From the human T2T-CHM13v2.0 reference genome, Homo sapiens, in assembly GCF_009914755.1 (NCBI RefSeq), contig NC_060947.1: DNA of 64,000 nucleotides; one strand, 5' to 3'. Position 1 is the first letter of the stretch. Every line of letters begins with the position of its first letter. The notes beneath the pieces are model-generated. The model saw only the letters and a list, made by a program, of their open reading frames with translations, did no database searches and was not told the DNA's origin. Shown in pieces: positions 56,712 through 64,000 of this stretch. The position numbers and the translations under genes were made by a program.

Positions 56712-57720
56712 TGTTACTGGAAAGGGGTCCTTATCCACACCCTAAGACAGGATTCTTGAACCTCATGCAAGAAAGAATTCAGGGCAAGTTCATAAAGTGA
56801 AAGCAAGTTTATTAAGAAAGTAAAGGAATAAAAGAATGGCTACTCCATAGGTAGAGCAGCAGTGTGGGCTGCTCTGCTGATTATACTTATAGATACTTCT
56901 GGATTGATATCGTTTGGCTCTGTGTCTCCACCCAAATCTCATCTTGAGTTGTAATTTCCATAATCCCTGTGCATTGAGGGAGGGACCTGGTGTGAGGTGT
57001 TTGGATCATGGGGGAAGTCTCCCCCATGCTGTTGTCATGATAGTGAGCGAAGTCTCAAGAGATTTGATACTTTTATAAGGCAGTTTTCCCTGCTTTCTCT
57101 TGCACCTGCTCTCTTGCCTGCCACCATGTAAGACATGCCTGCCTCCTTTTAAGCCATGATTGTAAGTTTCCTGAGGCCTCCCCAGCCTTGAGGAACTGTG
57201 AGTCAATTAAACCTATTTCCTTTATAAATTGCCCAGTCTTGGGAAGTTTTTCATAGCAATGTGAGAATAGTCTAATACATTGATTATATGCTAAACAAGG
57301 GGTGGATTATTCATGAGTTTTTTGGGAAAGGGGTGGGCAGCTCACAGAACTAAGGGCTTCTCCTTTTTTTAGACCACATAGGGTAACTTCCTGATATTGC
57401 CGTGGCATTTGTAAACTGTCATAGCACTGGTGGGAGTGTCTTATAGCATGCCAATTCATTATAATTAGCATATAATGAGCAGTGAGGACGACCAGAGGTC
57501 ACCTTCATCACCATCTTGGTTTTTCTAGGTTTTGGACAGCTTCTTACTGCATCCTGTTTTATCATCTGGGTCCTTGTGACCTGTATCCTGTGTTGACCTC
57601 TCATCTCATCCTGTAACTTAGAATGCTTAACTTCCTAGAAATGCAGCCCAGTAGGTCTCAGCCTCATTTTGCGCAGCCTCTATTCAAGATGGAGTCACTC
57701 TGGTTCAAATGCCTCTGACA
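56712..57720 (-). mobile_element. MER41B full-length solo LTR with nested THE1D/MSTA (+, 56905-57279)
   Basis: TGTTACTGG...GCCTCTGACA, TSD GTAC/GTAT; inner element TSD TGGAT/TTGAT. Confidence 0.88.
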
Positions 57721-57815
57721 GTATTTTCATAAAGGGGAGGTCATTCCTGGATCTTTCTATGCGAAGAGGACCAGAAAGATCCTTCATAATTTATTACATA
57801 ATACCTTTGGGTGTG

Positions 57816-58375
<560 letters not shown>

Positions 58376-58511
58376 TTCTATTTTTTGATTGTGTTAAAAT
58401 ACACATAGCAGTTGCATAGTGTCCTCATCTGTTCATTTCCTCCTCCGCCAAGCCCTGGCAGCATTGTTCGATTTTCTGCTTTGATGATTTTGACTATTCC
58501 AAGTATTTTCA

Positions 58512-59139
58512 TGAAAGAGAAGTACTTTTATCTGAGGAATTTGAGCACTTTCAAATTATTAGGCCCAGAAATGTATTAAGACGAGACAGCAATCGTGTCC
58601 TAGTCCCCGCTTTGAGCTATGTATACATCTATTGAAACTGCTTGCCATTGTCACACATAACTATAAGTTAACCTAATAATACCACACTGGATACCACAAC
58701 CCACACCCTATGGCTTAACGAGAGACAGCCAATCACGAATCAGTATTATTTCTGTAAACAGCAAGAATTTCTGACAAACAATTTTGTATCAATCCACTCC
58801 CCGTGAAATCGCTTCTCTATAAAAAGTGTAAAAATTAGCTGGGCGTGGTAGCGTGCACCTGTAGTCCCAGCTACTTGGGGGGCTGAGGCAGGAGGATCAC
58901 ATGAGCCTAGGAGGTCAAGGCTGGAGTGAGCCGTGTTCATGCCACTGCACTCCAGCCGGGGCGACAAAGTGAGACCCTGTCTCAAACACATCCACTTGCA
59001 ACGGCTGCTAATCAGAGCGTCTAAGTGTATATTCAGGGCAACTTGAATCTATTCTTCCAGTTTGCAAGCCTCAAGCTTGGCTCAAATAAACTCTCTATTT
59101 ATATTAATTTTGCCTCAGCTTCTTCCTTTTAAGTTGACG
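58512..59139 (+). mobile_element. ERV1-type solo LTR (LTR54-like, family tentative) with truncated AluJ (58802-58990), inserted in an L1MB fragment (58380-59270, -)
   Basis: TG start, CCAAT box (~58729), AATAAA (~59085); L1MB sequence resumes after it. Confidence 0.6.
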
Positions 59140-60389
59140 GCCTCAAATAAGCAGAACCACACTCTAGTTGTCCTTTTGTGCCTGGCTTATTTCACTTAGC
59201 GTAACAGCCTCAAGATTCATCTGCATTATAGCCTGTGTTAGAATTTCCCTCCCTTTGAAGGCTGTATGATTCAATCAATAACAATTTGAAACAAAAGCTT
59301 TCAGGCAGGGCTTAATCTTCCAAGAAGAAGACAATTTTAAATACATGGGCAATTTGAAAGACACTCTAAAACTAGCAAGGAAGCACTTTATGGTAACCGC
59401 AATTGCCAATTAACTTGATGTTGAAATCACATAGACAAAGAAAAAGGTGAGTGAAGAGAGGGCTAGAATGGCTTTGTTCCTCTTAATTGTCTTATTGTAC
59501 ACTGGAAAAGTTGCTTGGTTTGCAAAGACAGGTGTTTGGAGGAATCTACAGCGCTTAGAATTACCCCCGGGTGAGCTAGCTGTTTCACGGGAGGATCTTT
59601 TGACTCAGCTTGGCCATTTTTCAAATGTGGAAAATAATCAGCTCTCAGAAAGGCAGTTTAGAGCAGTGAGTGCTATGGTTTGGCTGTTCGGGAAACCAGG
59701 GTCCTCTTCTGTCTGCCTCCTGGGTTTCTGATGTTTCCTTGGAGTATCTTCCTGCTTCCCCAGGATCTAAGGAACAGAAACATCAGTCACAGCTCTCATT
59801 TCACTGCAAATGTTTTTCTCTGCATGCGTCTCTACTGGAATACTTAAAACCCGGCAGACAGGTTTTTTTTAGAGGGTTATGTTGTTGAATACAGAAAGAA
59901 TTGAATGCATCTAGCTCGGAGACCTCTCAAAAAAAAAAAAAAAAAAAAAGAAAAAGAAGAGAAAAGACTGGGTGTGGGGCTTTAGGGAGGCAACCGGCTC
60001 CGCAGAGCTACCTGGGGAGTTTTCAGAACAAAGCAGATGCAATGTCGATGGAATCCAATCTCCCCGTCCTTGCCCTTGCAGGTCCCCAGGGGGAGGAGGC
60101 TTTGGGAAAAGGCAGACCTCACGACTCCTCTTTCAAATTGTCCCTTTGAAGACCTGCCTTAGATCTGTCTACAGAAGCCTCACCCCAAGCAGAAGGAGAG
60201 CCTGGATTTTAAAATTTTTGTTGTTTGCTTTTTGCAGACAGGTGGGTCCTACCTGAGGCTACCAACAATGAGATCCTTCAGGTGATAGGATATGGGCCAG
60301 GTCTCCCACCCTCAGCAAGGCAGGTCACTGCAAGGCTTGGGAGGTGCCCTAAGGGGATTTAAACAAACTTGGGATCTTGTGCCTCCTAC

Positions 60390-60724
60390 TGTTACAGGAC
60401 AGGGGTCCCGAGACTGTATAGGGTAACTTCCTGACGTTGCCATGGCATCTGTAAACTGTCATGGTGCTGGTGGGAGTGTAGCAGTGAGGACGACCAGAGG
60501 TCCCTCTTGTGGCCATCTTGGTTTTGGTGGGTTTTGGCCGCCTTCTTTACTGCAACCTGTTTTATCAGCAAGGTCTTTATCACCTGTATTTTTTGCTGAC
60601 TTCCTATCTCATCCTGTGACTTAGAATCCCTCAATCATCTGGAAATGCAGCCCAGTAGGTTTTTGCCTCATTTTACCCAGCTCCTAGTTAAGATGGAGTT
60701 GTTCTGGTTCACACACCTCTGACA
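60390..60724 (-). mobile_element. MER41A solo LTR with ~220-bp internal deletion
   Basis: Both termini intact, perfect TSD CTAC; 335 bp versus 554 bp for the 42.7-kb copy. Confidence 0.88.
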
Positions 60725-60728
60725 CTAC

Positions 60729-61449
60729 TGTTAGGGTAGGTAGCGTGTCAGGCATGAACAGGGCAGGAGATGGGTTCCCCCTGCTCCCTCCCCACACACA
60801 CCAGAAATGTCAGAAGACCATCAGGTGATGGTCAGGCGGTTGATAAACTGTCTCTAAAATAATAATTGGTCACAGTCAGCACCAGGGAAAGGCCGTCTCC
60901 CAGTAAATAGAAAACACCTAAAACTGGTGGTCAGCAGCTTCCCAATATGATCTCAGGAGGTGAGTGAGTGGGCTCAAGCACGCACACTAAGAGGCAAAAT
61001 GGCGGAGTTTAACTGGTCTACAACCTTCTAGGAACACTTCACTTGTAAGGGAAGAACACCTCAAGTGAGCATGCGTACAACACCAGTAAACACACTGCGC
61101 ATGCTGCCCTCCCGAGTGCTGGCAGGCCACTGTGCATGCAGACAGCCCACCCCAAAGGAAGACTCAGCGGAGAAGGGACACAAGACTCCAGTCTAAAAGT
61201 CAACGCATAAAACCCCAAGTCTAAAGGTCAAACCATGCACTTGACTCTGAAGTTGCCCACTTGACCCTCTTCCAAGTATACTTTCCTTTCTTTCGATCGT
61301 GTTCTAAGGCTTTCTGATAAACTTTCACTCCTGCTCTCAAACTTGCCTCAATCTCTCCTTCTGCCTTATGCCCTTCAGTCAAATTCTTTCTCCTGAGGAG
61401 GCAGGAATTGAGGTTGCTGCAGCCCGGTATGGCTTCACCCGCGGTAACA
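60729..61449 (+). mobile_element. MER50 ERV1 solo LTR, full length
   Basis: TGTTAGGGTAGG...GACCATCAGGTGATGGTCAGGCGGTTG...GAGGCAAAATGGCGGAGTTTAACTGG...GGTAACA; TSD CTAC/CCAC. Confidence 0.85.
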
Positions 61450-61909
61450 CCACCACTCCAGTGCTTCCCAGGTGCCTGCTCTCCGCAACTCTCTGGATGG
61501 CTGGGAAGCGGGGCACCCAGGAAAGCAAGCAGTTCCAAGAGGAGGAAGGGTCCCTGCTGGGCGGGTGTACACAGGTGGGCTCCTGGCGCCCACCTGCTGC
61601 CTGAGTCTCAGCCTCAGAGGAGCTCAGAGGATAGATGAGATGCACCCACTGCTGGGAACTGGGAGAAACGCAATCCCAAAGACAGGAGCAGTAGACGGGA
61701 TCCCATTTCCTTCAGGGTTTGACCTGGATACCACAAAGCGCTCCAAAAAATGTCACGGCGAATAAAGGGTGTCCATAGTAAACTGCTGATGAAGCCACAA
61801 GGAAACCACTGCCCATCCTGGGCCTTCTTCCTGGCTCCAGGTCCCAGCAGGATGTCAGCCACCAGCCATGGAGGGATGGGTGTAGTATCTCTGAGACTGT
61901 GTGGTTTTA

Positions 61910-63610
<1,701 letters not shown>

Positions 63611-63792
63611 CCTCCATCCCATCCTGGAATAGAGGTACTGGTGGTTTCATAATTATATCTGACCTGTATCAGACCCACTTTTGTTTTTTTGGCTGATTGG
63701 TACTCTTTTTTATATGTCTTTCGTCACATTTTCTTGACACATATCTGGGAATGCTTGACTGTGTGGGGTTGGTTGTGTGGAGTGCTCAAAGT

Positions 63793-64000
63793 GAGAAGAA
63801 AGAAGGAAGGAAGGAACGGAAGATGGGAGGGAGGAAAGATAAAAGGAAGCAAGAGAAAGGAAGAGGGGAAGGAGAAGGAGGAGAAGAGGAAGAGGAAGAT
63901 GAGGGAGAAGGAGATGAAGGAGGAGGAGGAAAAGGAGGAGGAGGAGAAAAAGAAAAAATTGGAGGGAGAAGGAGGAGAAAGAGAAGGAACAATAGGAGGA
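63793..64000. repeat. Polypurine (GGA/GAA/GGAA)n low-complexity tract running off the window
   Basis: Read directly; almost pyrimidine-free. Confidence 0.92.

Noticed and set aside
59918-59966. Orphan poly-A tract as a processed-pseudogene tail
   Set aside because: Preceded by GAGACCTCTC, like an extremely truncated Alu 3' end; no AATAAA at the right spacing, no convincing TSD, no ORF.

Overview
This is primate, almost certainly human, non-coding genomic DNA: it carries AluJ/S/Y, L1PA/PB/M, L2/MIR, MaLR and ERV1 solo LTRs, and MER2/20/58/82 DNA transposons. I found no recognisable protein-coding exon, RNA gene, CRISPR array or CpG island. Almost every ORF in the supplied track is translated Alu, L1, LTR or (CCAT)n sequence. 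I do not see a new biological system. What the window does hold is a readable record of repeat biology. (1) An apparent non-crossover gene-conversion tract joins two inverted Alus of different subfamilies at 47.3-48.2 kb, with two weaker examples elsewhere. (2) Four co-oriented MER41 LTRs are present, and only the 3.8-kb copy keeps both STAT1 GAS motifs. (3) A MER41A and a MER50 LTR sit head-to-head on one 4-bp target site. (4) Several LTR-in-LTR insertions retain their target-site duplications (TSDs). (5) A (CCAT)n array has expanded inside an LTR. (6) There are a few unexplained hairpins and local duplications. Repeat family names come from my recall of consensus sequences and need RepeatMasker/Dfam confirmation; boundaries are approximate unless a TSD is quoted. 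The locus is not identified.
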